A stretch of 64,000 bases of DNA, taken from positions 12,396,587-12,460,586 of the forward strand of contig CM120648.1 in assembly GCA_051362555.1 (NCBI GenBank). Direction: 5' to 3'. The notes below the pieces were generated by a model. The model made no database searches. It was not told the DNA's origin and worked only from the letters and a program-made list of their open reading frames with translations. Within the stretch, counting starts at the first letter, position 1. The number at the start of each line of letters is the position of its first letter. The stretch comes from Lingula anatina (Eukaryota > Animalia > Brachiopoda). Shown one piece after another: positions 39,675 through 51,518 of the stretch. Made by a program: the position numbers and the translations under genes.

Positions 39675-40637
39675 TTAACTTTTTCTTAGTTTAAGTTTTT
39701 CATCCAAGTTATCACAAATGTCAATTTTCATCCTGTGACCATTTCCATTTTTCAGCTGACAGAAAACATTACAATTAAAAAACCAGGCTCTTTCTACCTC
39801 CTCATACTGTTTGAGCTTGTTTAGGAGAGTCAAGTTTTTCAAGGTTATATCGTCAAACAGGCGCACACCAGACTGCAGTTCTTTCTTTTTCCTCATGATT
39901 GTTTTTTTAATCTCAGTGTTTTTTAGTTTTACAATCACTGGTTTCGCCTGCCCCTGTTTGCCAGGTATACGGTGGATTGCTGTGATGTCCGTGGTAGGGA
40001 TTTCAAGCTTCACCTCCTTTTTCAATAAGTTGGTAAACACCACACGGAGATTTTCATCCTTCTGTTCTGGCAAATTGATCACCCGTATGTTTGTTTTTCT
40101 GGAGTATTGTTCATTATGATTACTAAGGCAAACGGCTTCTTTTGTAAATTATTCATTTTGTTTAAGTCTTTCATTTAGATCTTTTGTCTCTCTATCTTTA
40201 CCTCTTAGAACCTCTTTCAAATTATTGTTTTCCATCATGAGGCTATCAACCTGCTCTTGTAATTTTGCAGAGCGGTTTTCAGTCTCTACTTTCAGTTCCT
40301 CAACTTTTTGTTGAAACTTTGCTTCTAAATCAGACAACATGTGTTTCATTTCTGCTTGGAAGTTGTGAAGAAGCTTGTTCATTACACTAGAGACTGTTTT
40401 TTCCAGATCATCTTTTTTAATGGTTTCCTGAATTTCGCTTTTTATTTCAGATAGTTCATTCATTAGTAACTGTATTTCATCGGAGCTTGAATTGGCCACC
40501 TCAGAATGTGGTCTTTTTGGCTTTCCACCTGTTGTGTGTGATTTATTGTTTGCTTTCTCGCTGTCACATGTGAGGAACCTTGACATTGTTCTATTTTCTG
40601 CTTTACTATGCTTAGATGCCATAGCCTTCTCACACAA
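39675..40637 (-). pseudogene. LINE ORF1 (coiled coil and RRM-like region) with one in-frame stop
   Basis: ...KQNE*FTKEAVCLSNHNEQYSRKTNIRVINLPE...AIHRIP; the two ORF-track pieces are in the same frame. Confidence 0.85.
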
Positions 40638-43353
40638 TGCAATGGTACTCCTTACAACTTTGATTGGATAATTATGAATCTCTTATTATGTGGATGTCTG
40701 TTATTACCAGGTATTTATAGCCAAAGGCCTGGATGGTAACTGGGTAGATCTGAGCAGTGTTCACTTCTCACTGAGTCTCCATTATGCTTATGTCCAGTTT
40801 TCAGTTTTATCAAAGATAGTCAAAAAACATACTTGCCAACTTTGGAGTCTCAGATTTTTAGCACCTCTGTTTTCTTTCAACATTCATGAACATCACTGCC
40901 GATTTTCAGGGTCTCTGGATCTACATATCACATAAATTTACCACAAAGTAGAGAGCCACTTTCCTTTTGAACTTCCCTCTCTGATAGCGACCTTGGCCCC
41001 GTTGTTATTATTTTTATATTGTTGTTGTTGTTGTGACGCCCTCAGTTTCAAACTTAATGTATTTGTGGATATTCTTAATATTGTATTTTATTCTAATAAT
41101 TTGATATTCACTTTTTGAAATTTAGTGTCATAATTAGTATTATCTTACCTGTTAATTAAATTTAAATGCAGGTTTTGTAATAATCGACTAATTATAAGGT
41201 TTAGAAACCTTTTTTCTGATTTTTATGGAATTTTTGCATGTTAAAGAAACATTTGGTATGAATATATTAAGAAATAAACTGCAGTTATGTTTTTTTAGGT
41301 ATATTGAATGTTTCACATGGTTATACTCCTGCACAAACAATTGACATGAAAATCATTTTGTCAAAGATAATTATTGGCTGTACATTTTTATTGATAAAAA
41401 CCCCGCAAAACAAATGCTCTGCTAGATCAGTCCTGCAAAGTGTTCATTACTTTATCAGGGATTAGGTTGGGTCACGTTTTTGCGCTAATAGCGCATGGCA
41501 TTTACCAAAAAGTGCAACAGGTTATTGCATACGCGCTAAAAATAGCGCATCCTGATACAGAATGTACGGAATGTAGTTGATGTTTTGGAAATAAGTTTAC
41601 TGTGAAAGGTGGCCTTTCAAAGAGATGTTAAAAGTGTAACGTGGTACTTTCAGGAACATATTAAACCACGAAAGCTTTATATATTCATAACAGGCAGGGT
41701 CTGCGCATATACACGAGTCATGCCCTGCAATATGAGGGTCACGCTGTCGAGATCGCCCGGTAAATTGTTGAGGAAAATGTTCAGTATTGCTCGGAAAATC
41801 CATAATGAAATAAGTCAATTAAGTTTTCTAGCGAGATATATGATGCAAGCACGATCCACAAGGTTTTAATAAGGTGAAGCGATCTTATTAGATGATTCAA
41901 CAAGCCACGCGTCCTTTACCGGATTACATAACAGTCAATGATAAAGTGGTGTTGGCGTCCCACTGCAGCTTCAACATCTTGTTTTAACAAAACCCGCGCT
42001 ACATGCTGGCTTGTGAAAAACATCATTGTTTCACCTTGACGCCGCCGCGTTTATTTCTAATGGTTCACTGTCTTTTCCCCACGACCACCATTTATATAAA
42101 AAAGGGCGTCGCAAGGTATTAGACGATTTTTATGATCACATAACTCGTAAGCAATGCGTTGTCTAGGAATTAAATATGTTGACTCTACATTGTGTAACAA
42201 TGGTTTCTTGTTTTTAGAATCATTTCTTTCGATTTCTCGCAAAACGGTTGAAACTGTTCCTTTCAAGAGCAACTCCACTCTTGCTTTTCCAACAAGACTG
42301 CCGCTATTTAGGCACCGGCATCAACACTACATTTATATATTTAGTTGAAGTAGTTTTAAAATCTACTTTAAACTTCGCGTTTTGCAAGCTAACATTTTTG
42401 CATACCTGAGTATGCATCACATAATGATACACAACAAGCATAACAAAGCATAAAAACTGAGTATCCTGATGAGTTGAAACCGTAGTTATCGTTGGTAAAA
42501 TAAATAGTCACAAGCACATTGCATCGTGTTGAGAACATCTAGAGCACAACTGACACAATCGTTATGCGTCCTTCACTTTATAGTATATGGTCCAGGTGTA
42601 CTCCCATCTCGCCGAAATAAAGTCTAGACGACGTTTAACAAAGTCTCAAATTGCTGCTCTGTAGGCCTAATGTTTTTTCAGTCTCGTCATCTCATTTTCA
42701 GTGTAGCGTTTCGACTTCACAAATTTTTCAGATATCCCATTTGAGAAATTATTTAATGGCATTTTACAGGGGAAGTAATAGAAAATTATCCATCTTACAT
42801 TTCTTCTCATGAGGAATTTATAGACTCACTGGCAGAGAAAGTTTGATAATAATTCCAGCGTCTTCAACGTGACGGCGCATTCACCCTTAGGCACGGCGCC
42901 AGACAAAGGGAAGTCTTCACGGGCGTCCGCAAAAAAAAATTTCCAGGGGATCAAAGTCACAGGGGGAGATAATGATTGGCTGGATACCCACAATAAAAAT
43001 TCGGGGGGGGGGGGGGGGGGGGGAGGGTCAAGTGCTCCTATTGACCCCCCAGGGCAGTCTTCGTTGCCATCAAAATTTGTTGAAATAGTGGGCAAAGCGA
43101 TGTGGGAACTTCCCAGTTATCTGTCTCAAATTTAAAAAAATAGGAATTTAGACAGTGACCTAAAAAGTCAGCGGACACAAATGTTGAAAGCAGTAAAATG
43201 AATGTTAAAATACTGGTAGAAGCACTCTCCGAGTGCCTGCCCCTTGCTGAGGGCCCCAGCTAACCTTGCTGGAAATGAGAAAATGCAATTCCAGCTGTAA
43301 CTCGTAGGTTTATCTGAATGCATTGGGAGGGGTATTTTGTTTTGATTACAATA

Positions 43354-44106
43354 ACACTTCTTATGGTACAGCGGTTTTGTTACTTTTTAGAAATTAACCA
43401 AAATTTTAGCTTAGGATTTTATTGAAAGCGATACTTCATACTGCCACCTATCGTCAATATAACCTCAACACGGCGCAGACGATGGAAAAGGCTTTTATAA
43501 TCTGCAGAAGCGACTGAAGAATAATTTACTAGTTTTGATGATTATGTAAAAATGTTATGGCGTAAACGGGAGTCGTCTTATTCTAGCTGAGGTTTTGATG
43601 GTGTGAAAATGCATAATCATTAAAGGTGGGGAAAGTAAAGCGTTTTTACCAAAGTTTTAGTTGCCAAGGTAGAAGATCTAAACCTGAAATTAGTTTCAAC
43701 GCTGTATATATTTTGTGGCAATTCATGTACACTTCTTATGGTACAGCGGTTTTGTTACTTTTTAGAAATTAACCAAAATTTTAGCTTAGGATTTTATTGA
43801 AAGCGATACTTCATACTGCCACCTATCGTCAATATAACCTCAACACGGCGCAGACGATGGAAAAGGCTTTTATAATCTGCAGAAGCGACTGAAGAATAAT
43901 TCACTAGTTTTGATGATTATGTAAAAATGTTATGGCGTAAACGGGAGTCGTCTTATTCTAGCTGAGGTTTTGATGGTGTGAAAATGCATAATCATTAAAG
44001 GTGGGGAAAGTAAAGCGTTTTTACCAAAGTTTTAGTTGCCAAGGTAGAAGATCTAAACCTGAAATTAGTTTCAACGCTGTTGATATTTTGTGGCAATTCA
44101 TGTACA
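43354..44106 (+). repeat. Near-perfect 375 bp tandem duplication
   Basis: acacttcttatggtacagcgg at 43354 and 43729; only two differing sites noticed. Confidence 0.95.
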
Positions 44107-44392
44107 TTTTGTGGGTCAATTCAAGTTGTAACATCTTTTTCTCACCAATTTCGTAAAATGTCTAAAATAATAAGAGGGAAGACCTTCAAATTAAAACCAG
44201 TGGCTGACAGTAACACTCAGTCACAGGGAAACTGGCGTCCGAGACACCAGTGATGAATTAAAGTTTGCAGATTAATGTTTGTGAGTTGCTTTGACAGTAC
44301 ACATTACTTATTATTATATGTTATGGGTACCTTTTTAAGAGGTATCTTTTTCACTTTCAGTTCAAGGTAATGCAGTGAAGCCAGCATGTTGC

Positions 44393-44495
44393 ATGACCAT
44401 GTTTTGCCAAAGAATTAAGAAGAATAATCTCTTAATGAATAATATCAGTGGTCACATCATAGTAGTTCTGATTTGGCTCCTTGCCATGCTCATAG
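44393..44495 (+). CDS. First coding exon (signal peptide) of a second gene
   Basis: Acceptor tttcag at 44360; MTMFCQRIKKNNLLMNNISGHIIVVLIWLLAMLI G|gtagg; phase 1 fits the lectin exon; a likely UTR-exon donor gtgagt at 44281; the start codon is uncertain. Confidence 0.65.
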
Positions 44496-44934
44496 GTAGG
44501 AAAACTCTTTTGTTGAATAAATCAATTCAGTGATATTTCATACATTATATTTTTTGCCACAACAACATTTAATGCGCACCCAATATTTTCATAATTATAG
44601 ATATTTCAGTGAAAATGTGTAGAAATGAATTTAGGTTAGATAAATATGGATTGAATGATCCACTTTAATAATTATTGAATAAAACTGTCAGTACTTTCTC
44701 ATGATCGAATGGCTAGCTTGCTGTTTTAGAGTTGGGTTGCTTTTTTGCTACAGCGGAAACATAGTTAAACTAATGAATGTGGACTGGTGCCAGCAAATTA
44801 AATTACACAAAATGTCATTGTTATATTGCGGTGGTTTCAAGGAAAAAATTAAGGATTCTAGCATCAGATAATGTGGGGTGCGGATCTTAGTTACCATATT
44901 TTTATTTTATTTTATTTTTTTTACAGACCTTCAC

Positions 44935-45746
44935 CTCCCTACTCAGCCCCATTAGACAGACTCATCACTACCTTTTATTAGACATCGTGTGATCACTTCC
45001 CTGTTATTCTACACTCCCTGCCCCAGTGGATGGACTCATCACTATCCTTTAATTAGTAGACATGATATGATCACCTCTCTGTTATTCTACACTCCCTGTC
45101 CCAGTGGATGGACTCATCACTATCCTTTAATTAGTAGACATGATATGATCACCTCCCTGTTATTCTACACTCCCTGTCCCAGTGGATGGACTCATCACTA
45201 TCCTTTAATTAGTAGACATGATATGATCACCTCCCTGTTATTCTACACTCCCTGTCCCAGTGGATGGACTCATCACTATCCTTTAATTAGTAGACATGAT
45301 ATGATCACCTTCCTGTTATTCTACACTCCCTGTCCCAGTGGATGGACTCATCACTATCCTTTAGTAGACATCATATGATCACCTCCCTGTTATTCTACAC
45401 TCCCTGTCCCAGTGGATGGACTCATCACTATCCTTTGATTAGTAGACATCATATGATCACCTTCCTGTAATTCTACACTCCCTGTCCCAGTGGATGGACT
45501 CATCACTATCCTTTAATTAGTAGACATCATATGATCATCTTCCTGTTATTCTACACTCCCTGTCCCAGTGGATGGACTCATCACTATCCTTTGATTAGTA
45601 GACATCATATGATCACCTTCCTGTAATTCTACACTCCCTGACCCAGTGGATGGACTCGTCACTATCCTTTAATTAGTAGACATCATATGATCATCTTCCT
45701 GTAATTCTACACTCCCTGTCCCAGTGGATAGACTCATCACTATCCT
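44935..45746 (+). repeat. 78 bp minisatellite (10 copies plus one degenerate), related to the adjacent acceptor/exon junction
   Basis: cccagtgga at ~45022, 45100, 45178, 45256, 45334, 45408, 45486, 45564, 45642 and 45720; one unit is 74 bp. Confidence 0.95.
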
Positions 45747-45767
45747 GACAAATATTCTTTACTTCAG

Positions 45768-45955
45768 ATGGTGTGTCTTCCTCTTCCTGCCCCAGTGGAT
45801 GGTTTCATAATGTCACAGTAGGCAGATGTTATATGGTGTCCAGTGGTCAAGATTTGTACACAGAGGCATTGTATAATTGCTATAAAAGGGGTGCAACACA
45901 AGCCATGCCAAAGACTAAAGATTTACAGGCAGCAGTGGAAGCTTTAGTAACGTAC
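45768..45955 (+). CDS. C-type lectin domain exon (N-terminal half)
   Basis: cttcag|AT GGT...; CPSGWF...GRCY......YTEALYNC...GA..A.P follows the CTLD pattern; donor at 45952 or 45956. Confidence 0.8.
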
Positions 45956-46024
45956 GTATGTTCATTAAATGAAGGGGACAAATGTTATCTTTTTTGTAAG
46001 TGCTTATACTTCTCGTGGAACTAA

Positions 46025-46229
46025 GGCTTCGTTCACATGCAATGTCTATTTTCTATTTTCTATTTTCTATTTGCTCTATCTTATGATCACTGTCTGTGGC
46101 CTGAATATCCCGCCGCGTAATTACTGGCAGCGCGAGCCAGTTACTAATAGTCAGTCACAGACAGTGATCATAAGATAGAGCAAATAGAAAATAGAATTTA
46201 GAAAATAGACATTGCATGTGAACGAAGCC
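46025..46229. mobile_element. Palindromic PIF/Harbinger-like MITE
   Basis: TAA|ggcttcgttcacatgc ... gcatgtgaacgaagcc|TAA; almost the whole element is one hairpin. Confidence 0.85.
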
Positions 46230-48067
46230 TAAATAATGACAAGTGATGCTTTAAGTAGTCTTAATTCTATTTCCTTTCTATACAAATGAGGTCATGCAAA
46301 AGCATATGCGCACTTGCGCATCTGTTCTCTTCACTTCCGTTTTTTTGTCAATCGCGCATGGCACGTGTGGCCAGAGAGCAGCACAAAATTCAAGGAATAT
46401 TATGGCTGATAACTTTTTACAGTAGGACACATACTGTCACGGCGTAGGGTTTTTACGTCGTTTTTTCACGCGCCATTACATTACGTTGCATTCGTTTTGT
46501 GAAACAATAGAAATTTGACCGAAAAATGTCAATATTATCTGCAGAAGTAAATATCTAATACTTCCAATCAGAATGAGATGTTATATTAATTGGATATTTA
46601 AGCTTCACACCCATGTAATATTTTATTTTGAAATGTTTGATATGACCGAGTTTATGTTCGCCAAACTCACACGTCGCAGTGACATTTTTGCTTGGCAACA
46701 TCGTAACTTTCCTTATAATTTGCAAACTAAAGAGTGTGCGGGAAATTCCAGAGCCTGTATAATGTGTTTTAAAGCCTTAATTGTGTGGCTAAATTTTTAA
46801 TCAAATCTATCCTTGTAAACAAATGCCTCAGCTGTTTTCATAGGAAGATAGTGTAAAATTCAGGATTTGATGTCATGCATCGGCCAAGACGAGCCCAACT
46901 GAATGTTTGTTTACATTTTCACCTATTTGCACTTTGGCGAATACTTGTGTTAAATATGGTCGGTAATTCTATTTTTATGTTGATATATGTTACTGTCTGT
47001 ATAAGGTTTAGTCCCAATTCCATTATATGATATTACGACTGATATTTGTACAAAAACAATATCTAAGGAGCTGGTCAAATTTTTCAGTGGTAAATGTGCG
47101 AGGTTAAATTGGCTAATATATGTATTTCTAAATATTATATGTGTTCTATGTGACATTGATAAGATAAGTGGATTGTTTTCTTCATTTTAATTGGTAGATA
47201 AGTATTTTCAATCAGCATATATTTCTTTAAAATCCTTTATTCAACATATACAACATACTGAAACATGTTGAACAATTTTATCTGGCAAGTTATGATAGTA
47301 GAAAAAATAATAAATTAACATGATGATAGTAATAAATTCACCTTCAAAACCAAGGCATCATGCTGTTACAATCTACACCATGTGTTGGATTGTCGGTGAT
47401 ATAATTTATAAATGCAACTTTTGATTGTTTTATGTTAAAGAACTTCTCTGTAGGCATTTGGCAATTGAAATATTTGAAGACATTGTATATAACCAGGGCA
47501 CTAAATTTGCATTTATTATCAAGTACAACCGTCTGTTTAAAAACACATGGACTTTCTTGTTACAGTGAATACTAGTTCTACTATATGAAAGAAAATGAAA
47601 AGAAAAATGTCACAAAACGTATTTAAGCTTTGTGATCATGTCTCATAATGTTTATAATTATTATTTAAAGATACAGTGTCATTTTCAACATAAATCACAA
47701 AATTATAATTTTGCATGTTTTTTTTTTTTTTTTTACAAAATCATGAATTCTTAGAGAGGACATGATTAATGTATACTAAACTGCAAAATGTCTGTTTCCC
47801 TTCTTTTCTTTTTCTTTTTCATTCCTTTGCTGTCTTTCTGTTTGAATATCATAAGCCAACAATTAAGTGGTAAACCATGGGCTATTGGTTTTCTGCAATT
47901 ATCAACTTTTATTGAAAAATACAGTGACTTTAGTTGCTTTAGATCTGTCCAAATACTCAGTAAATATATCTTTCATATCTATCAATAGAGGTATAGAAAT
48001 AAATACATAAACAAAGGTTGCTTAATGAATATCATCATGATCACTTTCACATTATGTAGCACCCACT

Positions 48068-49873
48068 TAATAATAATAATAATAATATATTTATTTAAAG
48101 TTTAAAATCCATAAAATATGTTCTGTAGACTTTACAAACTAAAAACTTAAAACACAGTAAGATGAATTGAATTAATAAAATTATGACTTAATAGTCTGAG
48201 TTAAGATAATGATGTCCAGTTAATATTTCCTAGTTATAAAATGTTCTTTAATAAAATTTGTTAAAAAGGTATGTTTTAAAAGCTTTTTTAAAATCCTTCA
48301 CTGAGCTAATGCTTCTCAAGTCTAGAGGTAATTTATTCCACTCATGTGGTGCCGCGTACTGGAATGATTTTTCGCCAAAAGATTTTAGTCTTGCGTTCTG
48401 TGGTTTTAGTAATAATTGATCCTTAGATCTTAAGGTACGATTTGGTGTGAAATGAGATACAAGATCAGAAATAAAATCTGGTGCAAGTCCATAAAAAGCT
48501 GCATGAGCATGAGTTAAAAGTTTGAATAAGATCCAGGCGTTTACAGGTAGCCAGTGAAGTTGTTTTAATATTGGTGACATGTGATTCTCCATATAAGTTC
48601 GGGTAAGAAGACATGCTGATATATTTTGAATGCGTTGGAGTTTCTTTGTTCTTTCTATGCCGCATCCATAAAGCAAGGAGTTACAGTAATTAAGCCTTGA
48701 TGTTACTAGGGCATGAATGACCGTGGCAGTGGCAGAATCTGTTAAATTATTTCGTAGGGAACTGATGGTTCTTATGTGATACAAACAAGATTTTTTCACG
48801 TTGGCTATCTGCTTGTCCATGTTTAAAGTAGTATCAAAATACACCCCCAGGTTTTTTGCATGAGGAGAAACCCCAACTATTGCAGATCCAATTTGTAGAG
48901 ATAGTCCTTCAGCTAAGTGTTTTGAGTGTGGTTGAGTGATGACCATGAATTCGGTTTTTTCATCATTTAATTAGTTTACTTTTGATCATCCATTCTCGCA
49001 AATCTGAAATGGCATAGGTCATTCTAGTTATTGCATCTCCAGGCTTAAGAATATCACAGTTAAGGTACAACTGGGTGTCGTCTGCATATATGTGATAGCC
49101 AACTTGATGATATCGTAGTATTGCACCCAAGGGTAGTGTGTAAATGCAAAATTTAATCGGTCCAAGAACGCTGCCCTGTGGAACACCAAAAATCATTTGC
49201 TTAAGATCTGAAAGTACACTGTTGATGGATATCTGCTGTGTTCTACCAGTAAGATAAGACCGTAGGAGAGACAACGCCTTGTCCTTAATTCCAGCTGATT
49301 TCTTGAAGAATGATAGAAGAGTGTCATGGTCAACTGTATCAAATGCTGCTGAAAGATCTAATAGCACCAGTAAGACTGCAGAATGATTGTCAACACCAGT
49401 CAGAAGGTCATTTTTTATTCTCAGACGAGCAAGCTCAGTGTTATGTTTTGCTTTATAAGCCGATTGCATTTGTTCCACCAAGTTATTCTGTTTTAGATGG
49501 TCAAATAGCCTCGTTGCCATGACTCTTTCAACCAACTTTGACAAGAAAGAAAGATTACTCACAGGTCTATAGTGATTAAAGACATTATGATCCAATTATT
49601 CTTTTTCAGAAGAGGTTTGATTACTGCACTTTTGAATGAGTCTGGAAATATTCCCTCTTTAAAGCATAAGTTCACCAGTTCTGTGATAGGATTTATGACA
49701 GTTGGTAGAATCTGGGTCAGCAATGTTGTTGGGATGGGGTCTAAAGAACATGATGTCTCTTTTGAACTCTTAATGATTTTTGAGACTTCGGTTACAGTTG
49801 TCGCACTGAACGCGGAGAGAGTGGATACTGGCCTCGGTAGAAGTTCGGTTATAGGTGGATGTGATGAAATTGG
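48068..49873 (-). mobile_element. 5'-truncated L2/CR1-type LINE with frameshifted RT
   Basis: YRPVSNL, LDLSAAFDTVDH, GVPQGSVLGP, YADDTQLY, LHWLPV, WNKLP; (TAT)n tail at ~48068-48086. Confidence 0.9.
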
Positions 49874-51518
49874 CCCAATTTCCTATAGGATCCTATAGGA
49901 AATCTTATAGGATCCTATAGGAAATCTTATAGGAACCTATAGAAATTTATATTAACTGTTTTGAATATTTTTACAGCTTTTTATATATTGTTGGAACTTA
50001 GGCAAAATTGGTTATAGGCACTGGTCCCTCAAAACAAAAGAGAGTATCATGTTAACATTCTTTATTCAATATATAAAAATGTATAAATGTACATATTCCA
50101 CAGTATGCTATGCAACCAGCTTACTAGAGAATTGTTTCATAGATTTTTGCAAATTTAACGATGCTGCTACTGCTTTTGAATTATAAGTTCTATGAGTTAT
50201 CACAAGGATCAAATATGTCTTGTCAAGCTGTGGCATCACTGTCTTTTTCTTGTGTGTGTTAGAACTCCTGCCAGAATGAGTGGCTAAAACCTCCCTTGGC
50301 CAGATTGTGTACATTGTCAGCATACTGCTTTAGTCACTTAATAATTGAAGAATTTTAGACAAAAGTCTTTTGCACATTGTTCAACTTTACTGTGATAGTC
50401 TTCTTAAACTCCGTCTACGTTGTGTTGAACCATTTGCAGACACAATCTAAAAGAAAAACATTGTGAATTTCAATTAATTGTACATGTCTACAAAAATGCA
50501 AAATGATGAAGGAAAAATTTTCTAATGAGATCAATAATAATCATTGCACCAATTTTATTTTGAGCATTTCATAGCCTTTATTAGTTAACTGTTTTTTTCA
50601 AAGACAAGGTATTAAAGCTGGATAATTTGTAAAAAAAAAATTTTAAGAACTTGAACATATTTCATAGAACCAAGCCCACAGGAACAATCAGAAACAAATT
50701 TTAAAATGCAGAAATCAGCAGTGGAGAAAACTCTACTCTGGTTAAATATGCAATTGGGCCATTACAGAGCTGTCAGGGCCAAAAAAAATCTCAAAAACTC
50801 ATGGAAAACTAATTTCCGAGGGTAAACAGTAATTCCCTATATTCTGACCAGTCTTTGCTTGACTTAAATCATCAGTCCAAACCACAAAAAAAGCAACTCC
50901 AAGTTAAAATTTATAGCTTCCGTGTAAGCAAAATGGTCAGATTTTCACAATGCACATTTCATTTCCAATATGTATAGGTAAGCAAAAAATATTTTTTAAC
51001 AAACTATGGTGTTTACCTCACATACATGTATATGGTTGAAAAGAAATTAAATGAAAAGAAAACTTGGCAAATAAACGATCCCGAAGAACATGTGAGGTAA
51101 TGAAATTTGCCCTGTCAGCCTCTCTAACATGTTAATTGTATGTTATTTATTAGCATAGGTCTTTCTCAGTTATATATCATGATGGTTCCTTTGAGGCAGT
51201 TGTGGATAACATTAATAGATAATTTTTAATAAATCACAAACCAAAAGTTATATGAAATGTAATTTTTTTTTAGATTCAACTGCATTTATAGAAATATTTT
51301 GATGAGCAATTGATCACAGTTTTATAAGAAATAAAGAGAATAAATTAGATCAATCATCTCATTTTCAATTTGATTAGATGCCCAAATGATCCAATGCATT
51401 ACTGTAATACATACCTTCCTCAATCTGATTTTTCTACACTCTGTACCCTTCCACTATGCTCCTGAATTTAAACTGGCTTGATAGCTGTACACTCATTTGC
51501 TGCTTGTCTCATATAAAC

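Larger units (their letters stand above)
34777..41012 (-). mobile_element. Near-full-length L1/Tx1-clade LINE (~6.2 kb)
   Basis: Poly(A) tail (T-run at 34775-34802) preceded by AATAAA; ORF1 and ORF2; candidate TSD tttatattgtt at 34766 and 41013. Confidence 0.9.

Noticed and set aside
42826-43135. Poly-Gly / poly-Pro ORFs
   Set aside because: They arise from a G homopolymer within MITE-like sequence.
44935-45746. Regular repeat array as a CRISPR array or a repeat protein (129-aa ORF)
   Set aside because: There are no unique spacers or cas genes, the context is a eukaryotic intron, and a 74 bp unit breaks the frame.
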